NCBI RefSeq assembly: GCF_016432865.1
Contig: NC_067400.1
Span: forward strand, 624,650,001-624,714,000
From: Antechinus flavipes
Taxonomy: Eukaryota
Reading direction: 5' to 3'
DNA: 64,000 nt
Positions 24,180 to 37,019 of the stretch are shown here, piece after piece. The position numbers were made by a program, and so were the translations under genes. Within the stretch, counting starts at the first letter, position 1. The number at the start of each line of letters is the position of its first letter. The notes beneath the pieces were generated by a model. That model made no database searches and was not told where the DNA came from. It was given only the letters and a program-made list of their open reading frames with translations.

Positions 24180-25030
24180 CCCCATGGCTCTGACACGGGA
24201 CCGCGCTTTTTTAATTTTTATTTTTGAGCAAACAATAAGCTCTGCGAAATGTCCCTTGGTGCATTTGCACGGGACGGCATGTGGGAGGCGGCTGCGATTT
24301 GTGCTCCTAGGTTTGGAGAACCCTGAGCCGGCTGCCTCCGGGAGGAGTCCGGAGCCTAGCAGCGGAGAGGTCGGGGGAAGGATGGCGCTCGCGTCTCCCC
24401 GGGACCCCAGACGGCTCCTGAGCGCTGGGAGATCGGGGAGAAAAGGGAAAAAAAATAAAAAGCGCACCCAGAAAGTCTGCCCAAGACCGGCTGAGCCCTG
24501 GGGCCACCCGGGCTGCCGGGTCTCCTTGTGCCTGTGCTCAGCACCATCCAGTCCAACAGCGGCTGGGAGCTCACAGCGCAGGGAAAGCGGCTGGAGAGCC
24601 GGGGCTTCCCTGCGGCGGGATGGAGATTCCCAGAATTCTCCTCCTCCCGGTGACTTTCCATTTTCTTGCTTCCGAGCCCCGGCGCAGCTCAGAGCCCCGG
24701 CGGCATCGTGACGCGGCGCCGGGGCAGGGGGAGGGGGCGCCGTCGGGGCCGAAGGGGAGGGGGATCTCCCGCGAGGGTACGGGTGGCTGCGCTCTCGGGA
24801 CCACCCCCGGGCCCCACGGCTGGAAAGTAACGGCGGCCACCTGGTGGCCAGGTTCTGACGGCGCTGGGCAGGGGAGCAGACTGGGAGGGAATTCCTGGGG
24901 GGACGGCGGTCCTGAAGTCCCCTCCGGCGGGGGGCGGGGGGAGGAGGGGGTTCTTTCCGTGAAGCCCGGGGCCCCCCGTTTGGGGGTTCGCCGTCCGTCT
25001 CCTGGCTGCCTGTAATCATGACCGCCCAGT
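24180..25030. promoter_or_regulatory. Orphan CpG island with NF-kB/GAS motif cluster
   Basis: GGGGCTTCCC 24601-24610, GGAGATTCCC 24622-24631, TTCCCAGAA 24627-24635, GTGACTTTCC 24650-24659, GGGATCTCCC 24761-24770, GGGAATTCC 24887-24895. Confidence 0.5.
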
Positions 25031-25090
25031 TTGATTTGTAAAGTTCCCAAAGTAGAAAATGGATCCCTCCCATCTTCTCAGGATCTTTTT

Positions 25091-25479
25091 TTTTTATTAT
25101 TTTTAATAATGTTTTATTGACAGAGCCCATGCCGGGGTCATTTTTTACAGCATTATCCCTTGCATTCACTTCTGTTCCGATTTTTCCCCTCCCTCCCTCC
25201 ACCCCCTCCCCCAGATGGCAAGCAGTCCTTTATATGTTAAATAGGTTACAGTATATCCTAGATACAATATACATGTGCAGAACCGAACAGTTCTCTTGTT
25301 GCACAGGGAGAATGGGATTCAGAAGGTAGAAATAACCGGGGGAAAAAAACAAAAATGCAAACATTTCACACTCATTTCCCAGTGTTCTTTCTTTGGGTGT
25401 AGCTGCTTCTGTCCATCTTTGATCAATTGAAACTGAGTTAGCTCTCTTTATGCAAGAGATCCACTTCCATCGGAATATA
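25091..25479 (-). mobile_element. 5'-truncated LINE-1 with target-site duplication
   Basis: Poly-T then L1 3' UTR. TCAGGATCTTTTT at 25078-25090 and 25480-25492. Confidence 0.85.
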
Positions 25480-26499
25480 TCAGGATCTTTTTAGATCCAC
25501 CTCTAGGATCCCGGCTTTGTGCCATTTGTAAATCTGCTCAACTTCCCAACTATGTCTTGATGCAAATGAGGGGCAAAACTATAAAACAGCACAGGGCCAA
25601 GAAAGATCTCGGGGCTCTCGCTGGAGCCCTCCCCTCCCCCTCCAATTTGATAGGATCCTTTGATGACTACTCTTTGGGTCAGGCTCCTAGCTAGGGCTGG
25701 GGGTCGGGATTGGTGGGTCCCAGAGAATGGGGACAGGCTGTGGTTTGGGGTCAGGCTCGGGACTCAGCTTGGGTCTGGCCAGCAAGCTCAGGAGCTCCAT
25801 CATCCCAGCCTGGCTCCTCAGGCCCATGGAGGGGGGGACCCTTCCCCAACACTTGCTGGTGAAGCCCGCGGAGGGGCAATGTTTAACGGGGGATCATGGA
25901 GGAAAGACGATGTGCCAAGCCTAGAGCCTGAGAAGGACTGAATTTGTAGCTTCTCCTGATGGGCTCACTGCCCCCTCCATCCAACAAGGAAAGTGTCCCC
26001 GCCGGGACCTGCCAGCCTGCCGGGGAAGGGGGGGGGGCAGGCTCATACACAGTGCTCCTGCTCCATCCAAATCCAAACCCAAAAGGTTCCAAATCCAAAA
26101 GGAACCCAAAGATTGCTTTCTAGAAGTCAGTCAGAGAGCACTGAGTTCCTTCCTCGTGCCAGAGACTGCTAAGTAAAAGGCAAGGAAGTCCCCGCCCTGG
26201 AGCAGCTCTCTAGTTTCCATCACGAGGAAGGAATTCCCGCTCAGTTCCCCAATCTTGCTTCCTGTCCACAGGGTAACCTCAAAGGACTCACTCCTATGGT
26301 TTAGAGGTTAAATGAGTCACTCACTCAGTAAACATTTATTAAGCACCTACTGTGTGCCAAGGCTTGTGCCAAGCCCTGGAGATACAAAAAGAGGGAAAGG
26401 ACCTTGAAAGACCTACAAACTGACAGGGGGGACAACAAACTGTCATATAGACAAAGCAAATTGGAAACTGAGGGCAAGGAAGTGGAAACTGAGGGGCTG

Positions 26500-27090
26500 C
26501 CACGAGCAGGAGAATGGCGGAATAAGTTCTGGTCTATGAATGTGATGGAGTATTATTGTTCTGTAAGAAATGGCCAGCGGGAGGATTTCAGAGAGACTGA
26601 CAGGAACCGAAGCCGAGGGACGTGAGCAGAGCCGGAGATCGTCGGACACGGCCACAAGATTTTACGTGATCAGTTCTGGGGGACGGGACTCTTTTCAGTA
26701 ATGAGATGGTCCAGGCCAGTCCCAATAGACGTGATGGAGAGGGCCATCGGCACCAGAGAGGGAACTACGTGGGGGGGGGGGGGGGTGCGGATGGAAGCAT
26801 AGTTTTTGCACCTCTTCGTTGCTGTTTTTGTTTCTTTTTCTTTCTTTCTCATGGCCTGTACCTTTCGCTCTGATTTCACTTGTACAACATGACAAATGCG
26901 GAAATATATTGAGGAGAATTGCAGATATTTAACTATTTAATCAGGTTACTTCCTTTCTGGGGGAAGGGGGAGGTAAGGGAGGGAGAAAAATTTGGAAGAC
27001 CAAGTTTTACAAAAAGAAATGTTGGAAACTGTCTTTTCATGTATTTTTTTTTTTGGGGGGGTGAAATACTATGGAAAAAAGAAAACAAAG
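26500..27090 (+). mobile_element. Diverged LINE-1 3' fragment, preceded by an L2 3' remnant at about 26320-26430
   Basis: GGAGTATTATTGTTCTGTAAGAAATG... matches the 15300 L1 copy. CATTTATTAAGCACCTACTGTGTGCC is L2 tail. Confidence 0.7.
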
Positions 27091-27164
27091 AAAGTACTCA
27101 TCTCCACGTCCCGGAGCTGTGAGCTCCTGCTACTTGACAGGCCGTGGAGGGCTCCTCTGGGTTA

Positions 27165-27260
27165 GGCAGAGGAAGTGAAAGGAGGACAGTTAATGGAGAA
27201 GGGGACACAGCTGGTGGCCAGAGAGGCCGAGAGGCTGCTGACGTGTGCTTCTGGGAAAGT
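27165..27260. promoter_or_regulatory. Candidate myeloid/B-cell enhancer (EICE + GAS)
   Basis: AGAG-GGAAGTGAAA 27171-27180 (PU.1-IRF composite). TTCTGGGAA 27249-27257. Confidence 0.4.
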
Positions 27261-30200
27261 GCAGGTTCCCCGGGGAAAGTGCGGGTTACCTGGGAAGAGT
27301 GTGGTCTGTAGACTGGGGGCTGAGTAATCTGTGGACTGAGGAAGGTGGGGGGACAGGCCGGAGCCAGAGAGAAGGCCCAGGAGGACACAGCATCCGGAGC
27401 TGGGAGATGCCGCCTCCCTTGGCCAGAGCCGGAAGCCGGCCCAGAACACCGCTTTGGGGGGGGAGTGTCACCACACAGAGAGGGGTCTGGGCTCCTGGTC
27501 AGCCCGAGTCCCGGGATGGGTGGAAGGAAGGGGCTGCTCGCCTCGGGGAGCTCAGCCCCACCCTGGGGCTGGGACAGGAAATTCATCACCCAGTGTCCCC
27601 CAGCTAGTAGTTCCCATCAGTCTTCCTGCTCTGTTCTTCTGCTCCCAGACCCACACTAACCAAGGGCCCAAGGATCCTAATGTGTATGTGGGGGGGGGGG
27701 GCAGCGAAGGGACTGAGGGTGGGGGGAGGGGCTGCCTGGCCATGGATTGGTGGCCAGGAAGGAGGTGGGCCGGGGTCTCCCCAAAGCCTGGCTTCCTGCT
27801 GGTCTCCAGCCAGAGCCAGACTGCCAAGGAGCCAGCCTCGGGACTGCCAGGTTTGCTTGGAACTGACTGGCTCCAAGCGTGGCAGAGTAAGTCTGCCGGG
27901 ACCCCCATTATCTCAGCTGACCCCCACAATAGCCCTAAGAGGCCCCTCACGGTGTCCACTCAACCCAACCCGAGAAGGCTGAGAAGTGGCCCAGCGGCCC
28001 TTCTGGAGCGGGGGCGGGGCGCTGCCCCCAGGCTGCTGCCCGGCTCTGCTGCCCCCCTACCCACCTCGTGCTGCCCCGCTCCCCCGCTGGTGCTGCCCCT
28101 AACTCCTCGCGGGATCGTTCACGGGGCGAGGACGCACTGCGGCTTCACTGAACAGCCAGCAGCAAAGCCACAGGACTGGCCAGTCCCGGCCCTGGGAGGC
28201 CTTGGCGTTAGCGGCCGGAGGCCCAGAGCGGCGCCGTGGCCGAGGGGGGGTGGGGGTGGGGCCCAGAGTAAAGCTGTAGCTCACACCGACCCTCGGCCCG
28301 GCTTCTGCCAAGTTCTCTGCCGACAAATGCCCGATCATTCACTAACAGCACCCATGGCTGAGCCGGGGGCTTGACTGACCACATTTTCCACAGGAGGAAA
28401 CCGAGGCAAGAAAGGGAAGAAAGTGGTCCCGGAGGGAGGCAGCGTCTGGGCAGGAGCCGCGTCTCCTCGCCAGACCCGGCTCTCTGTCCATTGTACCGGG
28501 CTGCCCGCCCAAGGGTGGGGGAGGCGGCCGGAGGGGAATCCTTCCTGCTCTCTGCGGCCGAAGGCCTCCGGGAAGGAGCCCGGTGCCCCCAAGGCAGCCC
28601 ATTCCCCGCTGGGACTTGGGAAGCCTCTCCTCACTGGCAGCCTCCGTGGGCCCCTTCCCTCCTCGGTCTGTTCCCTCCCTCCCAGGTGGCCCTGCCCTCC
28701 CTTCCCCCGGCCTTCTCTTCTCCAGGCCGGCCACCCCTGATGTCTTCAGCTGCTTCTCCTTTGACATGAGCTCAGGGCCCATCTGGGCCACAGCCTGTGG
28801 ACTCTCCTGCAACCCCAGAGGCCAGACTTGAACCCGAGCCTCCAGGCGAGCTCTGAGGTGGGATCCCACCTTGGTTTTTAGTAAGTAACAGTCCCCTTGT
28901 GTCCCTATTGCTCTGTGCCCCCCAGGGATGGCGTGGGGGGGGTTACATGCCTGCCAACCCTTGTGGATTTCAGATTCTACAAATGGGAGTCCCCTGCCCC
29001 TGGGTGGTCCTTAGTCAGTGACGGGCATTTATTAAATGCCTGCTGTGTACAAAGCCTCAGGGATGCAGAGAGAGGCCAAAACAGACCCCGCTTCAGGGAG
29101 TTACAGTCTAAGGAGGGAGACAATGAGTGAATATCGCAGCGGGAGGTATAAGCAGAGGGGATGGAGGGGGATGGAGGGGTGGGGGGGAGGACCAGCAGGG
29201 GAGCCAACGGGAGAAGCGGGAGCTCCCGGTGGGCAGAGCACAGCAGTGTTTGAGCAGCCGGAGCCGGATTGGCCTGCAGGGGCTGGAAATGGAGGAAGGG
29301 CAGCCGGTGAGGAGCTCTAGTGGTCCCGGGGGCCGCTAGTGCGCCCGGAGGAGGGCAAGGGGAGGGGGGGAGGCGCTGGAACTTTAGAAAAATGGCGGTG
29401 GCTAAGTGAGAGGGCGGTTTCAGGCCCCGGCCAGAGGCACTGGAGGCTGGAGGTGAGGGCTGGAAAGAAGGGTCCTTCTGGGAACAGCTCCGGAAGGAAA
29501 TGACAGCCTGACTGGGTGGGGGGGACTCCGGGGTCCCGTCCCTGGGGCCCGGCACATCGCCAGGCCCTTTGGGGCATTCTGCTTCCCTGAAAACCATCAT
29601 CAGCACAGCAGAGGGACGCGGGTTCGAATTCTGCCCCACCTCTTGTTCGGACAGAGTAGGTAAGAACGAGAGTCGGCATTTACGTGCCATCTCAGGGCTT
29701 GTTTACAAAGCGCTTTCAGGGGCTCATTCCATCTGATTTTTCCAGGCTGAGGCAGATGCTGCAAACCTGAGGCTCAGAGGTTTTTCAGTGTGCCCAGTGT
29801 CCCACAGCAAATGTCTGGGGCAGTATTCGAACCCAGGGCACAGTCCCCTGTCACCGGATCTCATTGAGCCTCAGTTTCCTGATCTGTAAAATGGGAATAA
29901 GAATGCCCAGTCTATAGTGCTGCTGGGAGGTCAGACAAGCCAGCGTATCTGTAAGGGGGCCTAATCGAAGGAGCTCTGCTCCATCCTTCCACCTGGGGAT
30001 CGCTCTTCTCTCCCCACGGAGGACGGATGGACCCCTGGCCCCTTGTTAGGGCTTCTCCTGATCAGGGGGAAGAGTCGGGGGCTCACCTGGGATCACTTGG
30101 CTGGTCACACCTGGGCCCCTGGAGAGGCGAGGCCTTCCCCTCTCACCCTTCCCCTCCCGTGGGAGGCTCCGAACTCTTCTCCTGCCGTCCCCTGGAGTGT

Positions 30201-32875
30201 GGCTTCTCGTGGCCAGCCCATCTCAGGCCCGGCTGGACACCAGCCCCGGAGAACCCTGGGACACGGAAGCCAGACCCTCTAGAAAGGGAGCTTAGAGCCC
30301 TGGAGAAAGGGAAAGGACAGGGGGCACCGGCATGAGCCCTGGGAGGGTTCTAATACATGAAGGCCTTGCCCGGCCTCAGAAAACATCCAGGCGGCAACTT
30401 AGAAGCAGCAGAGCAGCTGGGGGGTGCGGGAATCTCCCCGATGGGCCAAGCTGGTGAGAGGATGAAGGGAAGCCGGCTGAGTGACCAGGAGGACCAGGGT
30501 CCGGTAGATACTTCCCAGGAAGGGGCAGGCAGGGAGGAGGAGGGGCAGGGAGCCCAGAGTTCCAAGCACAAGCTATCATTCCCCTCCTCTCTTTCAGCTT
30601 TCAACAAACTTTGTTTTGTGAATTATGTTGGGAGAGAAAAATCAGAACAAAAGGGAAAAACCGTGGGAGAGAGAAAAACCAGAAAATGTTGTCACTCCCC
30701 TTCTCAAGAGTCCTCAGTGGCTCCCTGCTGCTTCTCGGCATTTAAAGCCCTTCACCACCTGTCCGGCTCCCTTTGCGTTACTCCCTTAACTCAGTGCTCC
30801 CAAACTGGATGATGATAGTGGCCATCCCCCATGCCTTTGCCCGGCTCGTGCCTCTTGAGGGGGGATGCCCTCCCTTTTGATGGACGCCTCTGCAGGGCTT
30901 ATTCAGGGGCTGCCTCCTCCGGAGCCATTAACGCCTCGGGGCTGGGCCCGCCCAGTAAAGGCAGATCTAGGCTGGCGCAGGGGCCTCGGGGGAGGTAGCT
31001 TTAACCCGAAGGCCGCCTGACCTTGGGAGAGATGCAGTTAAAAGCGGCCGGTTGTTCCCCTAGCTTCCGGGGAGCTCAGGGACTCTCTCCTAAGTCCCCC
31101 CCCCCCTCCGGGAGGGCACCAGATCTGGCTGGTGGGGTCAGCGCCCGCAAAGTCCCTGAGGCGGCCCCGAGCCTCCCTGCGCAGGCCCCCCCCCCCCCCC
31201 CCCCCCGCTGAGCCCCCAAGTGAGCCTGTCAGGGACCGGGAGCGCGGGCCACAAACGCATCCTCCTGCGGCGGGGTCTCTGGGCTGTCACAGCTCGGAAC
31301 CGGGGCCACTGAGTTTGCGATTCTTCCGCCGGCCCGGATGCCGGCCTGGGGGCCCTAACGTCGTCAGGGGGGGAGGGGGGATGGAGGGGAGGCGCACACC
31401 TCAACATCTTGCCCTGCTCCGGAGCAGGCAGACGGGGCCTCCGCGGAAGGCTGACTTTGGGGGGCGGGCCCTCCCCGGGAGCGAGCAAAGCGTTTGGGGG
31501 GGGCAGGGTCGAGGCTGGGAAGTGCGGGCGCTTCTGCCTCAAATCAACAAAAGCTTTGAGGCAGCCTCTGGGGGCCAGCGGGAGGGGTGGAGCTGGAGCT
31601 GGGGAGACGGTCGCTATGGAGACGCGATGCTTGGAGATCAGTTACCCTGGTACCGAGTGCGCTTGCACCTGCTGGGGCCTGCGGGGGTGGGGGGTGGGGG
31701 GTGGGGGGTGTGGGGGTGGGAGAAGGGTCCTGGCTGACCCCCGGCCTAGAAGACCCTCCCTCCCGCCCTTTCCAGCCGTTTCACAGAGAGCCTTTGTGCC
31801 CATCACCCTCTCCTCCCTTCTAGCGCCTCCCCCTGAGATTACCCCCCACCTTCTAATGGTTTGCCTGCGCCTCCCCCATCAGACGGGGAGCTCCTTGGGG
31901 GGCAGGGCTCTCAGCACCGGGCCTGCTGGAACACTTGCTGAATCACTGATGCTCTGGGACCCCGGGTGGGGTTTGCAGGTCCCCTCTCCAGCTCATTACA
32001 GACGAGGAAACTGAGGCAAAAAGGGCGAAGTGAATTATTCAGGTTCACATAACAAGAGCCTAAGGGCAGATTTGAATCCAGACTTCCTGGTCCACTGCCT
32101 TCTAACGACCCCAATTATCACTGACTTGGGAATGCACGTCCTTTAAAACGCCATTCTCAGGGTCTGCGGCCGGAGGGACCTCGGTCCTTCCGGGGACCAG
32201 CCTGGGCATGGGGGCTCCAGGGAGGGCGCCTGGCCAGAAGCTGGCGTTGTCTCCATGTCCTTTGTGACCCAGAAGGCCTCAAGCCCCAGCCTCCCCAGGG
32301 GCAGGCCCGCTCAGAGACCTGCTTCCCCCCCTGCCCTGTATCCACGGTAGTGGCCCCAGGCTTGCCACCTGATCTGGGCCCCTGGGGCCGCTGGGGGAGC
32401 TGTAGGGGGGCCCAGAGGGGGGAAGCAGACAGCCACACTGATGCCGTTCCAGGCTGAGAGCCTTGGTTCCTTTTGCCCAGGCTCCTCCGTGAAAGGGGAA
32501 ATCGCCTGACGGAGGCCTTCCCCGGGTCTGGGCAGGAGGGGGGGGGCACGTGTGGGCACTGCCAAGTGTCGCCTCAGCAGCCCCTCCACCCCCGCCATTA
32601 CAGCTGCAAAGTGTGTTCCCGGCTCCCCACCTCCCCCGTGCTAAGTGTGAGCTCTGAGGAGCCACATAGAGACAGTCCCTGTACTCAGGGAGCTCAACTA
32701 ACTGGGAAGACAGCCACCAAGGGAGGGGGGAGGCCCCTTCCCCCAAATGGGGGTTCTGGAAAAACTTGCCAGTGGGAGGAAGGGTACACAGGAGGCATCT
32801 CAGGCATGGAAACTGAGAGCGCCCTTCTGGAGAGCAGGGGCCTTGTAAGTGCTTGATAATGTTACCTATGAAATC

Positions 32876-33371
32876 NNNNNNNNNNNNNNNNNNNNNNNNN
32901 NNNNNNNNNNNNNNNNNNNNNNNNNNNNNNNNNNNNNNNNNNNNNNNNNNNNNNNNNNNNNNNNNNNNNNNNNNNNNNNNNNNNNNNNNNNNNNNNNNNN
33001 NNNNNNNNNNNNNNNNNNNNNNNNNNNNNNNNNNNNNNNNNNNNNNNNNNNNNNNNNNNNNNNNNNNNNNNNNNNNNNNNNNNNNNNNNNNNNNNNNNNN
33101 NNNNNNNNNNNNNNNNNNNNNNNNNNNNNNNNNNNNNNNNNNNNNNNNNNNNNNNNNNNNNNNNNNNNNNNNNNNNNNNNNNNNNNNNNNNNNNNNNNNN
33201 NNNNNNNNNNNNNNNNNNNNNNNNNNNNNNNNNNNNNNNNNNNNNNNNNNNNNNNNNNNNNNNNNNNNNNNNNNNNNNNNNNNNNNNNNNNNNNNNNNNN
33301 NNNNNNNNNNNNNNNNNNNNNNNNNNNNNNNNNNNNNNNNNNNNNNNNNNNNNNNNNNNNNNNNNNNNNNN
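32876..33371. other. Assembly gap (496 N)
   Basis: Run of N. The true size may differ. Confidence 1.
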
Positions 33372-34839
33372 GAGATGCTAAGAGGACCCATCTCTGGCAG
33401 AGAGAGGAACATTTATGTGGAGGCCGGAGGGCAGGCTCGCGGTATTGAGGGAATGCTTTGGCCGCTGAGGGTCCTGGGGAGACTCCAGAGCCATCCCGGA
33501 TGGTGTGGGGCAGGGGGTGGCTGGAAGTAGAGCCCAGGGCCCGGCCGGGGCTAGCCGGCTCTTGTTCCCAATCTGCCTGGGCCTCCGTTTCCCAGACTGT
33601 CGGGGACTGTGTCCTCCTTTCACTGCTGGCTCAAAAGGAGCAAAGGCTTGCAGAAAGCCCCCTGGTTAGCAAATGTTGCCAGCCCCTGTAGGGAAAGGTG
33701 GGCCCGAGGCCGAAGGTCCTTCTCTAAAACCAGGGGCTGGAGCAAGGCTCCCTTCCCTCGAGTTTAAGCCAAGTGGGGGGCTGGGCTTGGAGGGGGCCAG
33801 GGCAGGGAGGCCACGGGGCTGCAGCGTGCCTGGCTCTCCCGCCCACGAACGTTCCTTTCCCCCACTGACCTTGGCCTTGGCTCGGGAACCACCCCCACCC
33901 CATGTCCGAAAGGGCCTGAGCTCCCGGAGCCCCGAGACTCGATGGTCGGAAGCCGGACACAGCGGACTTGGGGTGGCCCAGGGGGTGCAGTGGGGAGGGG
34001 GTCTGGAGCAGCAGGGCGGACGCTGGGCCCCTGAACTGACCGGGCTGCTGAGCCTAGGGCCCCTCCCCCTCTTTGTGCTCAGGTATTCTCCCTAGGGTGC
34101 TCCTCTGCTTGCCGTAGGACCCAGCCAATCAGCCGTTGTTGCCAGGTGAACCGGGGCCCCTAGAGAATCCCCCCACTCCCCTCCCCACTTCGGAGCTAGG
34201 GCTGATGCAACCTGACTGCAATGCCGCCGACAACTCACTCCCTGTGCCTGGCCCCTCCGCCCCAACAAAAAGTCCCCAACCCCACCCGGGCTCCCCTCCC
34301 CCCATCCAGCCGGCTGCGCTGGGGAAGGGGGAGTGGGGAGGGGTGTTGGGTTTCTGGCTGCTGGCAGGTGGCGCCTGCCTGCGTCCCCGGGGGACCGGGG
34401 TGCGGAGGGGGAGGGGAGACTGGCACCTGCCACGCAGGATCGGGGCCCACGGGGGGGGGGGGGGGCGGAGGGGGACTGACCAGCCCCGCGGTCTGGCGGA
34501 ATAGGACAGTGCGCCGCGGGGCGCAGGACTCGTGGACCTGGGTCCGTCTCCACGCTGCATTTCCCTTTCTTGGAACACGAGGGGCTGGACTGAGATGGCC
34601 CCCAGACCCGAAAAGGCCCAGAGGGCCGGCATGGGGAGCCACCCCACTAGCCAAACGGCCTGAAAGCAGGATCGGGCGGCTGCTGGGCTCCCTGGGGCCT
34701 GCTCCTCCCAAGGGACTCTGGGTGGGGAGCCGGAGGGCCCCTCAGAGGCCCCGCCTTCACGCTCCTCAGTTTGCAGATGAGGAAACTGAGGCTAGCAAGC
34801 CAGCGGGAGAGTTTAGGTGCGAATGCAGGCAACAAGCAA

Positions 34840-36990
34840 CATTGATTACAGCAGCTAGCATCAGGAATAGTAATAATAGCAGCATCAGTAATAGCAATAA
34901 TAATAGCAGCTAGCATCAGGAATAGTAATAATAGCAGCATCAGGAATAGTAATAATAGCAGCTAGTATTAATAATTACAGCAGCTAGCATCAGGAATAGT
35001 AATAATAGCAGCTAGCATTAATAATTACAACAGCTAGCATCAGGAATAGTAATAATAGCAGCATCAGTAATAGTAATAATAGCAGCTAGTATTAATAATT
35101 ACAGCAGCTAGCATCAGTAATAGTAATAATAATAGCAGCTAGCATTAATAATTACAGCAGGTAGCATCAGGAATAGTAATAATAGCAGCTAGTATTAATA
35201 ATTACAGCAGCTAGCATCAGTAATAGTAATAATAATAGCAGCTAGTATTAATAATTACAGCAGGTAGCATCAGGAATAGTAATAATAGCAGCTAGTATTA
35301 ATAATGACAGCAGCTAGCATCAGTAATAGTAATAATAATAGCAGCTAGTATTAATAATGACAGCAGCTAGCATCAGGAATAGTAATAATAATAGCAGCTA
35401 GCATTAATAATTACAACAGCTAGCATCAGGAATAGTAATAATAGCAGCATCAGTAATAGTAATAATAGCAGCTAGTATTAATAATTACAGCAGCTAGCAT
35501 CAGTAATAGTAATAATAATAGCAGCTAGCATTAATAATGACAGCAGCTAGCATCAGGAATAGAAATAATAGCAGCTAGCATTAATAATGACAACAGCTAG
35601 CATCAGGAATAGTAATAATAACAGCAGCTAGCATTAATAATGACAGCAGCTAACATCAATAATAGTAATAATAGCAGCTAGCATTAATAATGACAACAGC
35701 TAGAATCAGGAATAGTAATAACAGCAGCTAGCATTAATAATGACAGCAGCTAGCATCAGGAATAGTAATAACAGCAGCTAGCATTAATAATGACAGCAGC
35801 TAGCATCAGGAATAGTAATAACAGCAGCTAGCATTAATAATGACAACAGCTAGCATCAGGAATAGTAATAACAGCAGCTAGCATTAATAATGACAGCAGC
35901 TAGCATCAATAATAGTAATAATAGCAGCTAGCATTAATAATGACAGCAGCTAGCATCAATAATAGTAATAATAGCAGCTAGCATTAATAATGACAGCAGC
36001 TAGCATCAATAATAGTAATAATAGCAGCTAGCATTAATAATGACAGCAGCTAGCATCAGGAATAGTAATAACAGCAGCTAGCATTAATAATGACAGCAGC
36101 TAGCATCAGGAATAGTAATAACAGCAGCTAGCATTAATAATGACAGCAGCTAGCATCAATAATAGTAATAATAGCAGCTAGCATTAATAATGACAGCAGC
36201 TAGCATCAATAATAGTAATAATAGCAGCTAGCATTAATAATGACAGCAGCTAGCATCAGGAATAGTAATAATAGCAGCTAGCATTAATAATGACAGCAGC
36301 TAGCATCAGGAATAGTAATAATAGCAGCTAGCATTAATAATGACAACAGCTAGCATCAGGAATAGTAATAATAGCAGCATCAGTAATAGTAATAATAGCA
36401 GCTAGTATTAATAATGACAGCAGCTAGCATCAGGAATAGTAATAACAGCAGCTAGCATTAATAATGACAGCAGCTAGCATCAATAATAGTAATAATAGCA
36501 GCTAGCATTAATAATGACAGCAGCTAGCATCAATAATAGTAATAATAGCAGCTAGCATTAATAATGACAGCAGCTAGCATCAGGAGTAGTAATAATAATA
36601 GCAGCTAGCATTAATAATGACAGCAGCTAGCATCAATAATAGTAATAACAGCAGCTAGCATTAATAATGACAGCAGCTAGCATCAGGAATAGTAATAACA
36701 GCAGCTAGCATTAATAATGACAGCAGCTAGCATCAGGAATAGTAATAACAGCAGCTAGCATTAATAATGACAGCAGCTAGCATCAGGAATAGTAATAACA
36801 GCAGCTAGCATTAATAATGACAGCAGCTAGCATCAATAATAGTAATAACAGCAGCTAGCATTAATAATGACAGCAGCTAGCATCAATAATAGTAATAACA
36901 GCAGCTAGCATTAATAATGACAGCAGCTAGCATCAATAATAGTAATAATAGCAGCTAGCATTAATAATGACAGCAGCTAGCATCAGGAAG
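34840..36990. repeat. About 2.15 kb AT-rich satellite, about 50-bp dimeric unit
   Basis: Unit AGCAGCTAGCATTAATAATGACAGCAGCTAGCATCAGGAATAGTAATAAT and variants, about 40 copies. No CpG seen. Confidence 0.98.
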
Positions 36991-37019
36991 ATTATAGTAG
37001 TAGAGTAACAATAACGCAG

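Noticed and set aside
24171-25202. 343-aa minus-strand ORF
   Set aside because: Starts inside an L1 fragment and crosses a CpG island. No homology or exon structure recognised.
25660-32860. Hidden protein-coding gene in the GC-rich IL4I1-ATF5 interval
   Set aside because: I could not build a frame-consistent exon chain or recognise a domain. An unannotated lncRNA is not excluded.
34840-36990. CRISPR-like array or coding repeat
   Set aside because: No unique spacers, eukaryotic context, and frequent stop codons (no ORF is listed in the track). It is a simple satellite.
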